Notes: generated by a model not told the origin, from the letters alone. A stretch of 64,000 bases of DNA from Antedon mediterranea (GCF_964355755.1 NC_092671.1:8060001-8124000), one strand, 5' to 3'. Counted from the first letter of the stretch, positions 1 through 15,400 are shown. Numbers and translations are program-made.

Positions 1-3000
1 TAACCCAAATATGTTTCCATTGAAAATTATGGATCATTCGTGTGGCAAGTATAGTATTCCTATTACATTGAAAGTACTATTACGTTTCATTGTAATTTTT
101 GGATGAACTTGTTTTCACAAATAAAATTATCAATCAATCGATTGATATGTTAGGCCTATAAGAATAAAAAGCTAGGTCGATGAATAGTAGGCTCATCATA
201 GCAATAATACGACATATTCAATCATAAACATAAGGAATAATATATAGGCCTAATGATGTTTTATTTTTTTATTATTTTATTAACACGATTATCAATGACT
301 TATACAATAATGTTTAAAAATATATATTTAAAGTATATACAATTATTAATAAAACCCAATAAGATTAGTTTAAAGTAATTTTTTTTAAATAATTTTAGTT
401 TCATTGCAAATTTTAACATTTCAACAGTCTAATATCTCATCGGTGAATATCCCCGGATTAATAACGTTTATAATCATGATCTAATTTTTTATAAGAACTA
501 TAGCTACCGTATCTTAAGGAATTATGTAACTTGAATCTATACATTTTATAAGACACACATTATTGGATATTTCCGTTTTTACTTAAACTTTGTTTGTTCG
601 TTTTTATGATGTGATAGCCACAAGGAAGACGCATGGTAACGTGCTAGTTTGTTGTATACAAATCAATATCAAGAAAAACGCACCCAAAATTTAAGCATCA
701 CGTACCGCCTTCGGGGGAGCGAACCCAGACGCATAACTTGTTATCATCATGTTATCATAAGATGGGCTAATAACCAGAATACTGTATACGAATTAATGTT
801 TAGTTCTTTATTCTATTGTCTGTGAACAACAATAGGCCTACATGGATTTCAATATAGCCACAATTACATTTGGATGTGCTTAGTTAAGGCCCTATTGTAT
901 ACTAAAGGCATAAACATGATTTATATAAGAATCCGAGGTGCCGGAGAGATTGTTCAACAATGTCAATTAGAATAACATATTTTAATTACAATAATTTACT
1001 CTTATTGTCAACGATGATCTTGTATTTCAATATATTACCTGTTTGTGGTATTGCTCCATGTGTATACGGTAGTTTATATTACTTTTTATGGATAATCAAA
1101 ATCACATTGTAACACAATAATATGCAGATTTCTGGCGTTTTATCGCGTGTTAGGTGTTCTCCTAATATCACCATCGCATTGGTTAACGGTACAAAGAGAA
1201 GCTGATAGGCATATAAGACAAATATATGTATTATATTCATCTTACAAAGTTAAATAAAATGAAGAGTGAATTCATGGCCTGGCCAAAATTAGCGCCACCC
1301 AAGATGACATAACGAGAAATGAGAGATTATTTTTTGGCCGGGCACCACGAACACATTTAAACAAAAACAAAACAAATGGCAGTCGGGGGAGATCATCTTA
1401 GTGCAAACTGATCGATTGGTTTAAAATATATGAGATTGGGAAACGGCAATTCGTATAGCGGACTGGAGGGAAAAAATAAATATGTTAGTATCTACCTGTT
1501 CTGTGTCATCGTCAATATATTATTCTGACTATGGTAATCTATTTTGTTACTAATGGCTCTGGCGATTCATGTCCCAAAGCACAAGCAGAAAATTGAACCA
1601 AGTGACAGATTATACAGCGAAAGTTAGTTCGTGGTCGCTTATTCTATTCTCAACCACATTGTACAGTGAGTGTCAGTACTGCGAAAGTTCAGTAAAAACA
1701 ATCGTATTATTATAGTATACGTTGTTTAATTAGTATACACGTGGTCCTCGAGGGAGACAAGATATACTTCGTGTGCTCGTTATGGGAACGATGTTCGGCC
1801 ACACGATGCTGGACTGATAAGCAAGGTTAGTTATCGAATTTAGTAATTTAAATTCCATTATAAAAGTACAATTCAATTTGTTACGCATCTTATGCATTAG
1901 TTTGTAACAATTCCGTTCCTTACGTAATTTAGCGGGTGTGGAGCGTGCGCCAAAACCCAGGAGAGATCAGCAACCGAACCGGGGTAAAAAACTACATTTG
2001 ACTTGGTGATGCGTACTTTTAGTTGGTAACACTTGTAAAGAAAACAATTTGTGTGTAGGACATTTAACAACGAAAATCGTCACAGTTGAAAGGAGTCGAA
2101 AATCATTATTTTAATATTTGAGGTGTTAGTGTATATAGTTATAAAACACCAAGTTGCACGCAAGTTTTATCGTGGATAATTTTCATGAAAGATTGATTTT
2201 AAATTAATACTTTTTTTTTAAACTTAATTAAGTTCATATACTAAATTTAGAAACTTTTTGAAAAATTTAAATTACTTGTTCATGAAGTTGAATGTTTTCA
2301 TATTAAACAATTTAAATCTTAAAAGTTTTCATTAAATTAGAAAAAAAATGTAATTTGTACATAATGTATACCTTTGTTTTTTTTTTTATTTAAAGGAAAA
2401 TATTAAAAGTTTAAGAGCTTACCAATTAATACACTGTACCACAATCTTAATGCGTGCATTACATTTTAAACATATGATTTTGATAATTAAAATAATGTAT
2501 TTTTCGTTTTTGCTTATGGCTGTAGTAATTAAAGTAATGGGAATTGTATCTGTAATGTATAGCCTCCTTCGCAATAACAATTGTAAGTTTAATATAATTG
2601 AAATAATAGTATTTTAATCGCTTATCTAGCAATATTTATTAAGTGTTCACAGATAAAAGCATTTGAGTCCTGTTGAACGAACTATATAGGCCTATTTGGT
2701 TTTTTTATCCTCTATAAAATAGACTTTTTTCTCTATAAAACTTAGATTGGGTAAGGGATGTTAAATTATTTTAAAAAAAATATTATTATCATTGTCTGAA
2801 ATTATTAAGTTTTATATAGAATTTATAAAGAAAACACACTTTTAAAACCTTTACTTTTAAGTATAAGTTGAAATTTACATTTTATTATCATTAAAAACTT
2901 GTACTTTGTTTTTGAAGGATAATTATTTATTCATCACCAAGTTAATACAATAATTACATTTTTTAATTTTTTGAAAATCCAGCTCTTATAACATACTTAA

Positions 3001-6000
3001 TCATATAATAATAATAATAATATTGTTATGCTTTAACCAATTCATTTGAGAGTCATTTTAAATTGAAATTATGTGTTTTTGTTATGTTATGTTTGTTGAA
3101 CCGAGCCAGGCCTGTACTTCTTTGTCTTATTTTCTTTTTAAGTCAGTTGTTCCTTACATAGTTATTTACAACAACAAAAATCAATCGACGTTTTTTTTTT
3201 CTAATTTAAAGAAACGGTAGCATACATCAATTAATTCTGAGGAATATATTGAGGCAGTAATTTCTGGTATATTATTCTAATTTGTCCTGAAATCACATCT
3301 CGTTTCAATTACAATCACTATTAGCTTTTCTTGCTTATCTGGTAGGCAGGTTTTAGAAGTAGGGGTATTAACGTCTCAGCGCACTTGATGCGATTTTTTC
3401 TGGTGCACACGCGTTTCGAGTGCTTTTATAAGGCGAAATGGATTTAGATTCGTGTTATGGTATTGTTGAAGTTTTCAATGTTTTCTATTGACTGGATCCA
3501 TTTAATCAGTCCTCACGCCTATGCGTGGTTAATGAACTCGACCAGTATGGAGCGCAAAAGATGCATTTATTTCTAATGAAGGTGCTTAGTTGGAAATTCA
3601 CATTTGAATAATGTGAATAATTTATGTTTATTTTGAATACTTTGGTGTTCCATAGTTGACAAGTGATATAACAATACTGTAACAGATGAACACCAAAGTT
3701 ACTCTGGAGGATCAAACACATTCAAAAGGAAAATAAAATAATCTAAAGTAAATCATTTAAAACAGTAATAATAGGCCAAAATAAAAATATGCATTAGTAA
3801 CAGTGATTAATCTATCAAAAATACGAATTATTTCGTCTTGAACGTGTACACATTTGTACATTTTATACACAATATCATTATTGTACAGTATAGGCATATA
3901 TATATGATTAATGTAATCGAATAGTATGAGACATAATATTCATGTGTTGGGTCAGTGAATCCTGAACAGTCGGCCAAAAGCCATGTTTAACGGGTCGGTA
4001 AATGCATGTATTACTCATAATAATTTATGTTGCAGACGGGTTAGTGTTGCTTTGAAGACGAGTAGTCCACGACTTCTTGTAAGTCCGGCAAATTATATTT
4101 TTTTGCACTAGGTGCTAAGCCCCCTATATTCTCAAGGGGAATCACACCAGCGTATCGCCAACGGTTGGCTTAAGGTATTCAGTCCAGTTTAATCAAATTT
4201 CAAGACACTGTTAAGTAACGCTTCGTCTCAATAGTATTTTGGTTGCTAATTATATGATGTTGTGTATAATATGAATGGAATTCTACGACTTTGTCACTTT
4301 CTAATAAGAGAAATTGCGGATTCATAAAGTCAAAATGGCGTAGAAAAAGAAAAAATAAAACAAATCAGTCTCCCCTCGTTGATATACACATTGATAACGC
4401 ATAACATGGACAATATTGACAACGCTTCAATTTTAATAAAGGAAATGAACAAAACCCAAGAACGCAGATCCGTTTTGAATGTTCTTTTGCAGAAGGGTTA
4501 AGGAGTATTTCTCTTGAGAAAGGGGTGGAAAGCGCAGCCAGCTATTAAAACAACCTTTATGGCGTATAACATTTAAAATTTGTTTTCTAGGAACCACCCC
4601 TCCAAACATACCAAACATAATATAACGTTCTATATTCACTGTTGTTAATTTTTTTTCTATTTTCTTGTGTGTTTTTATAGTTGTTTCATTGCAGGACCAT
4701 ATTGAAAAAACAGAAATGTTGTGATCTTTTCTTTTCTGAATTATTTTATCCTGCCTAAATATGTTTTAATAAAAGTAAATAAAATAATAATAATAAAATA
4801 GGTGGGTGAATCATGCCTCCATCCTACAGAATACTAACCGAGTGCAAACCTATGTTCTCTACTCCTTTTATTAAGAAAAACAAAACATTATTATGTGCAG
4901 TATATTGACACGATTCTGCAAATCAGAAACACGAATGTATGCGTTCGCCTTTCTTACTGTTAGTAGATTATTTATGTATGAAGATTGATACTTCGGATCA
5001 TAGTAGCAACAGATGTAAGCATCACATATGTTTAACTCTAAGTAAATGAGTGATTATACACGGTATGTTATTTCTACGTTCGTTTTGTGAGCCTCTCAAA
5101 CTGCAATCAATTCACACTGCTTTCGATATTTTAAATCTTTCTCTACTTCTCAAGTTATCACCATGTTTGATATCTTTTAAAGACGTTAAATGTTTCTCTC
5201 GTAAGTCACTGTATATATAGGTGATGTATATATCAGTGTAAATCAATATAATTATATTAAGTTATTCCATATCAATAAAGATAGTAGACCTATTATAGTA
5301 GAAACTATAAATATACACTGTTTCAACTGACCAACATTAACCCGTAACAAACAATTAACCTGAGTAATTATGCTTAGCCTATATTGATGTGATGATAACA
5401 ATGTAATCTAATTAACAGTAATAAAGATGTTTGAATGAAAAGGGGCATAGAGATAACATTACGTTTTTGTTAGTACTATATGATAGACAAAATCTGAACA
5501 AAAATCTAAGTTGCCATCGTAATCAACATCATTTTAATTTGATTACAACATGCAATTGAGCCTAATGCATACGATAAAACGTCGAATGGATCTGTCCAAA
5601 ACTTAACGATAATTTAATGAGAATAACAACTTTTGGAAACTTTTTCAAACGACAAGACAGAACAAACGCGTTTCTTGTGACATGCAGAATTGATGGCCAC
5701 ACAAAAACGAACACTTTATTCGCGACGAAAAGAATGAATATAAACGACATAGCGTACTTCGACAGATGTATATTAGTTTACAGCTCCGTTAGATTGAGCA
5801 AAAAATAAATCCATCATTAAACTAGACAAGGCAACACTACACAATGTCTCACCCCTGACCTCGGAAGTGTGACAATTTAAAAATGAGAAGTCTAAAAAAT
5901 TAGTGATAGTTCACAAGAAAAAAATTACCGTCCATCCAGGGGCATGGTTTGTAATAGGCCTACTTTGGCATAGTGTCGAATTTTGTGGTACAGTATTAAT

Positions 6001-8822
6001 TAACTAATTATAATTGTCATATTTATATCAATTGCGCTATAATTGAACCAATAAAAAATCTAAAAAGTCCTAATAAGATCATCTTATGGGAATGTTTTGT
6101 ACCCATTGTTTCTAAGCACAAATAATTCTATTTGAGGTTGGGTAAATGTCAATTATGATTGGTTTTACTTGGTCGAAGAACAACCTGAAAAAAATAGTAC
6201 AAAACGTCTAATGATTACACTTAGGCCTACCATGAGGCCTTATGAAAACCTTAGGCCTATACAAATCAAATAAAATAAAAAAAGTACGTCGAGACTAAAG
6301 GCCAAATAAAGGAAGAAAACTTTATACTTTTAAACTTGATAAAGGTAGGCCTATGTACTCTGAATATCGAGTCCCAATTTTGAGAACCATTAAAAAAAAT
6401 GTAATCAAACCAAAGCAGAACGTCATCGTTTTTTGCTATGAATAGGCCTACATCGAAGTGCCCTGGTGTTTAAATCAACACCCGCCTACGGGGACACCAT
6501 CTTCCTACGGGGACAGACTCGTGCAGCCATAAAGTATATACAAACGAAGGAAGTATCGCTTCCTTCAAGGTGCATGACGACGCACCCTTTATACAAATGT
6601 GTATCATCTGGGTTTTGAAATGTCAAAACGTCAACAATGCTTCCACATGGTAAGGATGAGAGAAGGATACACGAATCCATGGACGTCAATTTGATGTTTC
6701 AGGGTCCGTCATTAGACTGAAATTTACATCAGCAATTCGGAACAGTCAACATTTAATGGCACATTATCAAATGTAAGGTTATTCCAAACAGGAAAGTATT
6801 AGGCCTATTTCCTTCCAGTTTGGCCTATATTACATCACTATAGACAAATGGACTTCATCTGGATATGGAATTGTATGTAAATAAGTTACATTAATAGGAA
6901 ATATACCATAAAGTATTACCTTTTATCTGTAGAGGTTTACATTCAGAATTTAATGTGATCTTCGGCAACGTGATCTTATAATGTGAACCTGCAAGAAGTA
7001 AATAATGTAATCTATTTTATACATCGTCACTCACTAAAATCCACAAGTGTTCAACAAAACGAGACTAAAAGTAACTTTAAGTTGGATTTACAGACATTCT
7101 AATAAAGTAACCAATTGCTTATAATAATGTTCTTGTCGAAACATCACCGCAATGCCTTTATCTAATCATTTAAAACATTGTTTTCATTCGTTCTCTGTTT
7201 TGGGTGTTGATTGATGACCAGTAAATTTTACATTTGGAGCGAACACGTATTACTTATTGGTCGTTGTAGAACACAGTTTTTAAAAAAAACCACACATTAT
7301 AATCTAGAAACAACATATAATATTTAAGAATGGCGAGGCATGGCAACACAATGTGGAAAAATATCATTGTTGCGCGCAATACCTATACTACAATTTCATA
7401 TTCTACAATAAAATCTCTTTAGTTAATAAGTTAAGGTAATAGAAGGTGACAGGAAGCTGTTGGGATGTAATTTATAACTATTGGTGGCATTTGTGACGCT
7501 ACCGATTTTAATGCTTATTGAGTTAAATCTACGGAGTTGTTATTTAGATAGAATCTTAATACGTAGACGAGATAAAAATGCTAATATATCTGACTTGGTA
7601 CGAACAACTGTAAAGAAGCTTATTAATTGTGCATGAGTTTTAATTGAATCTCGTTTATCAAAACAACGAAATATTCGGTTACGGCTTCTTATTTGTAATA
7701 ATTTAAAAGATTGTAAATACTACAAAAATATGTAATTTTAAAATATTTATTATGAAGGGTATAGGCCTATGTCGTTTAACTCTTAAATGTAATGCAATTG
7801 TGAAAATAAGCTACCAGTATACAGGAATATCACTGCAGGCCTCATACAATAAAACACAGGCCTAATAACACACACATTAAAATGTAAAATTTGAAACATA
7901 AATACTAGGCCAAATTGTTTTGAAAAAAATAATGTTTTCTTTTTTATTTAATTATTCAGTTTATTAATGTTAATTATTTATTGACTAATTTATGTTTGGC
8001 TAATATCCACATATTTTTATATAAATAGGCAATGTAGGCCTATATCATTATGAATCAAGTTGAAAAGTAGCCTATATACAATTTCTTTATATTTTGTTTC
8101 TATATTTCCATTAAACATTAATTAATATTTCTCTCCCTTTGTTAACTCTATACATTATATAATAATATCATCAACGTGTTGTAATTATGCAGGTATGTTT
8201 TTTTTTAAAAAAAGCATACAATTGAATGATATGATTTTAATTCCGCCGCTCCGTAATAAATTGTCCTATAATGACCTAGTGCATTATTTAATATTGTGAT
8301 GTTTATCTCAGCAGTAAGACATGCAATCGTGTAAACCAGCTATTAAAGGCAATTAAATTCACATCTTCCTACTACTAAAGTAATCATACAATAATACATG
8401 AGCGATACTTAATGCGGCTGGATTCACAGATTCAATTATGTAATTGTCGCCCTTAAAAGAAAGTATTTAATTAGCCTAATAATGCAATGTTTTTGTTTAG
8501 ATAAACTTGAAAATAGTCAGCGAAGGGAGGAGTGATATAACTGGCGGAAACGTCCTCGGTAGGGGATGAATTTTTACTTTATTAATTAGGCCAATTCCTC
8601 GGTGTATTTTATTTTGTTATTGTATTTTATTTGGTAATTAATCTCTGTCCTTATTTGCGGGTTACCTCTTTGAAGTGTCCCGTGTGCATTCCAAGTCAGG
8701 TTCTCAAATCTATCATTAAAATACTACTAACACGATCAAGTTCAGCGCAATACGTTATTTGTCAATTTGACCACCGATCATGGTCATCGTAACACGTACT
8801 TATACTAACAAAACAAGTTAGA

Positions 8823-8915
8823 AACAAACGCACAACAAGTCATCGACAAACGCACAAGTCACAGACAAACGCACACATCTTTGCCACACGTCGCCACACC
8901 GTCAATTTTGCCACA
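8823..8915 (+). repeat. Short tandem repeats: ACAAACGCACA x3, then GCCACA x3
   Basis: ACAAACGCACA at about 8824, 8846 and 8865 with CAAGTCA linkers, followed by three GCCACA motifs. Confidence 0.7.
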
Positions 8916-10265
8916 TTCGACTTCGTCTTAAACGACTGGGTAAAAACCAACGCCTGTTTGACTTTAACTTTAACTTAACACATTTCGTTAATCAAATCAA
9001 CCGCAGTATCAATTGGAACAAAAATATATTCATTAAAAGTATAGGCTACATAGATGATGCGGACTACGTGTTAATTGGATCACAGAATAACGCTCAGTAT
9101 TGTTAAATTATAGACTAGGGATTTTTGGGTGCAGCAAATAAGTGTTTTATATCTAACAAAACAATTAATTTCAAAGACTATTTGTCGTAATACTTTCTTC
9201 AATCAAAGTACAAAGGTATCATTTCAATAGAATGTATTATACCAATATTGCTTAATTGGAATTTTGGCCTATATACATGGATCTACTTTGCAGAAAAACA
9301 GATATGTTATTAACATAATTGTATCTATGTTTTCCCTAATATTTAAATGTATATCATGCAAGATTATATATAATATTATAATGTTTGAATCACTTCGTTA
9401 AGCATCCTCTCTACGCTTGTTTCCATTTCCGCCTAGGATTATATGGGCCCGATTGTTGCATCTTGCTGTCGGATATAGTAATCAAATACCAAATTGAAAT
9501 GTTTTGTAGAAATGAACAGTTCAAATCGAATAACATTATCATTATTATTTGGGCTTACACAATAAGGCTCTCGTCTTGTTCACGATATTGTATAATATTA
9601 ATATCACCCCACACGCAATGTTACAATTTTAGACATGGTTATACTGTACATGCACATCCCCATAAACAAACGATCACTATGGCAAACAAATAATGTAATT
9701 ATAAACAAAATATTGAATTAGAGATATGTAATAAATAGGCATAGGTCCAAAAAAAGTCAGGCACATATAAGATTTGTGTAAAATACCATGCATGTATTGT
9801 GCGAATTCCAACAACTTGTTGACACCAAAAAGAATATCTTGTAATGATATGAATAAAGGTTTAAGCACAATAATCGTTATTGTTATTTTTCTATACTTTC
9901 TTTATTATATGAAATTACACTCAAAACTACAAAATGAATAAGGCATACTACTAATCAACAGCATTTTGAGGCCTATACTAAGACATACAATGAGTCACTC
10001 AACGTTATTAATCATTGTTATTTTAGCATTGAAAGATACAATACCTATTGTTTAGTATCAAAACTTTATTTTCTATTTGCAACGGAATATTAATGCGATA
10101 AGAAGCTAAACTAATTTGTGCTACACACGACAACTACGGTTAGCACACTTTGCAAAATACAAATAATAATAATATTCTCTGCTTTTTTAACGATTGGATA
10201 TACGAAAAACATGTTTTCATTCTTTTTCATGTCATCGTGGAATAATATTATTTGAAAATATATTT

Positions 10266-10335
10266 GTTGACGTATAGTATGGTAGGAACTTTAAGATGAA
10301 GCAGAAGATTCCAGGTTCGAATCTCGAAATCTCGA
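10266..10335 (+). mobile_element. Degenerate tRNA-derived (SINE-like) fragment
   Basis: A-box-like TATAGTATGGTAG and B-box GGTTCGAATCT (10314-10324) at tRNA-like spacing; no intact cloverleaf. Confidence 0.35.
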
Positions 10336-11830
10336 TTCTTCATTCGTTAATTGTATTCTTTGGTCTTAATTGCGTTGTATGAGTACAACATTTGCACTTT
10401 TGTACTTAACGGAACTATTCATATTGTTTTATTTTGCGTATATCATTTTTATATTCAATCTTGTTCAATTCTTATTCATGTTACCGCTTGCATACCTCTT
10501 TGTTGAAATTTGGTCGGTACGGCATTTACAATTGGTACGGTGTTATAACGTACACATGCGTATTTGATTTTTATAAGGTAAATTTTTTAAGGCATAATTA
10601 TTATTAGGCATATTTATTATTATAGTTACTTTATTGTGTGAAAGCATATTATATAATTATGCACGAAAATACGGTACCGGTATAGCATAACATTTACAAA
10701 CGGATAATGATGCTATTGTAATAATTATATAATGCTAGATAATCATCTTCAAACAAGAAATACTAAACAAATCCTTATATAGACTATAGATATACGGTGT
10801 GTTTTTGCAAGCAAACTTAAGCAGTTGTATAATAACCTGGTTTAACCTATAGCTGGAGCTAAGCATATTGCAGCTTATAAATAATAAAATACATCTAATC
10901 AAAACATGCTAAAACTTAACGTTATACTTTTAAATACGTGCAGCTCATTAGAAAAAATAAATATGACTTTTCTTCTCAATAATCGATTGAAAGGTTATTG
11001 GTATCCATTGAAAACATACCGTATTTATGAGTAATGGTATGAATTGTCGTCATTATACATAATAGGAATATAGGAATAATATAAGAGTTGTTTCTTTAAT
11101 ATAATGACAACTGGTACCTGTTTGAACGGTCAGTTGTTTCATCCTCCTATACTGTAACGAACGTTAACCTCCGTAAACACACGATCGCCAGCGCTTGTTT
11201 TCTCGGCTTTCCGAATCTTTACATCGAATGCTGAAGCCTGACATTGCTTGTTTAGTTTCAGTCGGCAGGTGTTTGTGTCCGATCTCACTTGCCTCTCTAA
11301 TCCTTAGCCATTGAACACAATGCTAAAGGGATGGTGGATGTTGAACGCTTCTTGCGTTATAAAGTCACCGCAAACCATAATAATCCATAAGAAGGCAGGA
11401 GGCTGGTTCGGTAATCGCGTATTTTGTCCCTTTTTTAATAACAAGTCTACTGGCGTCTCGACGGCAAAAAGTCACTACCCTTTTTATTATTAATCTGAAA
11501 TTAATCTAGAACGAGGCATTAGTTCATAAATTCACCTTTCAATGAAAATTATAGGATTTACTTAAGAATTTCAAGGATATTTTGAAACAATAAAGATGAA
11601 ATACTATTATTAATCAATACTGTTTACTAATCGCATATAATTGGAACTGTTGTGTAACTATGGTTTGATTATTAAATGTCATGTTTGTTTTTAGAAAAAT
11701 ATTGAAATTAAAAAGATCATTAACGAATATGTTACATGTTGTAAAAATATTAAGAAATTGTAATTACTTGCTATGACCTGTACAAGTGCTATTGTATCTT
11801 ATTGTACACTTTTCGCTATATCGTATCGTA

Positions 11831-11967
11831 CGCCATGCGACTAAAAAGCTATCGACGCAGTCATTGGTCATAAAGTCACGTGCTCTAACAATCATTCCTT
11901 ATTTGGATTTCACAGGTGACCTATCTGAGGCAGTCATAAGCGCTTACTATACATAGATTCAACAGAG
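11831..11967 (+). promoter_or_regulatory. Hox5 proximal promoter candidate: CGCCAT (YY1-like), reverse CCAAT box, USF-type E-box
   Basis: CGCCAT 11831-11836, ATTGG 11863-11867 and GTCACGTG 11875-11882, 144 nt before the ATG. The same arrangement lies in front of Hox4. Confidence 0.65.
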
Positions 11968-12025
11968 GTATCAGACAAACTGCAATAAAATTCAAGGCTT
12001 TAAATCACCCAGTGAAACAAGACAA

Positions 12026-12473
12026 ATGAGCTCGTATTTTGTACACTCTTTAGCGAACGGTGGCTACCACCATGGAACGGACTTACAGGGACAGGGCCGC
12101 TACCTCACGGAGGGGGCCCAACACTACCAAGCATCCACGCCACCAATTAGCGTATCTAACTATAGCTACAACTATAATTCACAAGTAGATGGTAGTTTCT
12201 ACGCTATGAATAGATCTTCAAACTTAAGCAATCCACCTAGGTTAAGTCATACCCCTCAGACTTTACCGGAAACAACGAATTCGGAGAGGTTTGTGCCGAG
12301 TCAAGGAGGTATGGCTAATTGTCATGGGGTAACCCCAACAAGAGGATGCCAAACAGCTACAGAAGTAAAGGGTAGTCAAAACTCACCGGGGATTCAACAA
12401 GTCAGTCCCGGTATCCAATCACCCCACAACGAGCATATTTATCCATGGATGAGGCGAGTCCACTCGAGTACTG
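12026..12473 (+). CDS. Hox5: Hox5 (paralogy group 5 / Scr-type homeobox gene), coding exon 1
   Basis: Begins MSSYFVHS (Hox SSYF N-terminal motif) and ends with the hexapeptide region HIYPWMRRVHSST. Canonical donor CTG|GTAAGT at 12474, phase 1 (448 nt). Confidence 0.95.
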
Positions 12474-15400
12474 GTAAGTTTCTCTATATTGTGTCTGTTT
12501 TTAACTCGTCTATCTGCAGGCAATGGTTATTGTTTACCGCCTCATTAGTTTTTACTGCATATAACTGAGAATGGATGTATTTTCATTGACAAATTAATTC
12601 TTTTCAAACTTTATGCTTAATCTTGACAAATGCTATGCAATTACTGGTTGTTGATAGCCTCATTAACAGCAATTAACTAGTGTTATCGAATGCAATTACA
12701 CCAAACCAACTATCTTCTAATTACTTGTATCTATATTGGTGTGTCTTTGAATAGTACCGATATAACCATTTTTTTTTTCAATATTTAAGAAAAAGTTGGC
12801 GCAATGTTTTTGAAAATGATTAATTCTGTCAAGTGATATAATATCGCAACATAAAATCCAATTTCTGTTGAGTTATCACCAATTTAGTCTAAGTTAAAAG
12901 ATATATATCTGGATATGTACAACTTTTGCCATTTCCTCACTTTAAACACTTGTAGTTAATACACTGCAATATATCTACTCTAGATCAACGTATCCAACTT
13001 ATTTGTAATCATTAACGCATTATTCTCTCAAATTGATGTATTGGTTAGCACGTGGTCTACGTATTATTAAAATACCTTAAATGTGGTCGTATACCGTATT
13101 GAACATTAAGCAATGTTGCACTATAAAACCAAAACGATCGTCAAAGGAAACTATATAACAATTGTTTGATTTTATTTTGGAGGTTTGTATAAAAGATTAG
13201 CAAACTCTAATAGTGAGGTAATATATAGGCCAGCATAGTTAACTATAATAACTAGGGCTCATTTTTTATATTGAACATAAAACGCTTTTAGATGTTTTAG
13301 TACCAGAGCGTCTGTTTGTTTTCTACTTAACGTTTCGCTATCTTTATTTTGTATATTGAGCCATCTAAATTATGCAAATGAGACAAATGGGCTCTCTGAA
13401 GCTATTACTACCGCATGTGCCGAGACGTCGTGTCATTGTAACAACAGTAGCTTAACCATAATGTATCGTGTGTATTTAAAAACAAACATTACCATCTTTC
13501 GAAATGTAATTATAAGTATTAAGAAAAAAATCTGCCCTTTATACGCGTACATAATTGCTGTCATTAGACAGGCCGTGTTGTGTAGCAGATTCGAAGAGAG
13601 TGAATCCGGTGCGAAATAGTTCCAATCTTTTCGCAATGATGTGGCCAATTATTAGTTGATCAAGCATGATAAATAAAAGGAAAAAAAACACCTATTTAAA
13701 TGATATTTAATTTTCTCGATATAATTACTAAATTTATTAATACTTTTAACCACTTACAATCGGCAAATCTTAGGCCTTCTAAGTTGCATACCGCAACCGT
13801 AAGAACGATACCTGTGCGAGACAGGTAGCCAGCGTACCGTGCTTCATACCGATACTTCCGTTTGGTATTTCTATTAAACGGTTAGGCCTACAACTTTACA
13901 CCGTTGCCGGACCATATACATTGTTGTTGTTGATAACGAATTTCAGATACAACATTAATTAATTTATAGATTCTATTTTTGTTTGTTTAGAAACATATTC
14001 AATTAAACTTGTTAAATTGTTATAAACTTTGTATAGTTCTTATGCTCTGTATGTAATACTGTATGTAAGTTCTTCTTAATTGCCAACATTTTATATTTAC
14101 TCTATCTTACTGTATGGTTGTATTTAAATAATTACTAAACAGTAAGAATTGAACCTTCGCTGTCGTTCATTCTAGTATATATTATATTTTATACATAGCC
14201 CTGAGCTGGGCTAAGCAACTGCAAAAAGTTAGTTTAGGCTGAGCCAATGCCACATTGTACTGAACCTTTGCGGGATAACGTGTCTCCATCACCAAAGACT
14301 TCATTCTCAACACTTTACTGTGTTTGTTTATTTAGAAATCTGACTAAAAAAACATGAATTTTACCCTTGGATGCCAGCATAGACAAGATACAGTGATAAT
14401 AAAATAACAATATCATTTATTTGATATAAAGATGTTTGAAAACAGGTATCCATTATTGTTTATTTTATTTAATTTGATTAAAACAATCGGGCAGCATAGT
14501 TAAGATTCTCGTGGGGTTTAATACCGACAAAGATGAGAACGGTGTAACGGCTCTGTAGGCCTAGACATTTTGATATAGTTACTGTACAATATATATAAGT
14601 ATATAACTAATCGCAAATAGTATTAATAACAGCATGGAGTGTAATTCTATCGGAATTGATAATCGTTATTAAACATAATTATCTTCAATAATTAACTACG
14701 GTAGACAATAGGTCTAAGAAAGCGAAAGTACTCACGTGCTGTAGGCCTAATTTAACGGATGTTTTATACAAATTATTTAACTAACTATTTAATACGAGGT
14801 ATTTTATATAATATATTAACCAAAATGTTGTTTTAAATAAAAAATACATTTATGATGATGACACACAGAACTTAAGGGGAACAATCCATCATCTTAATAT
14901 TATATTGCACGAAACAACGACTTAAGTATTTATAAAGCCATAACCTCTTGTAACTGAAATTTACTACTGTAATTAATATCTCCATTATGTGCATAATAAC
15001 AACGCCGTTATAGGTAATAAAACCGGAAAAGAAAATCTAGAGATAGTAAGGAAAATACGATTTTTCCAAATGAAAGATACTATACAAAGCAGACTTATAA
15101 TTCAGCACCTGGTATTGCTCATATCAATTATTTATTTCTTTTATACACTCATATTATAGGACATTTTATGGGTATCCGTGTATGTTTGTCAAATACGTTT
15201 TTAATGATTAAATTTGTAATTATTTAAAACATATCTATAACAATGACTTATTAATCATTTTGTCATTATTTTTATTTGAAAAAGTACATATGTTTTTTTT
15301 GTAAGTTCGTTAGGTACACTTGTAGTAAAGTTTATGAATAACATTTACAATCTTACCTAATGATGGAAATCAAGTCATTCACTAGGAGATATGTCATTAT

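Noticed and set aside
4430-4800. Possible LINE 3' end with (AAT)n tail
   Set aside because: The tail and AATAAA are suggestive, but I could not recover a convincing reverse-transcriptase or other ORF remnant.
11106-11142. Small hairpin ACAACTG...CAGTTGT upstream of Hox5
   Set aside because: Too short and weak for a pre-miRNA; expected by chance.
1-11800. Hox6 or another gene upstream of Hox5
   Set aside because: No homeobox or credible coding exon; all ORFs are short and low-complexity.
12474-12568. C-terminal extension of the 180-aa ORF (KFLYIVSV...)
   Set aside because: Read-through into the intron past the GTAAGT donor.
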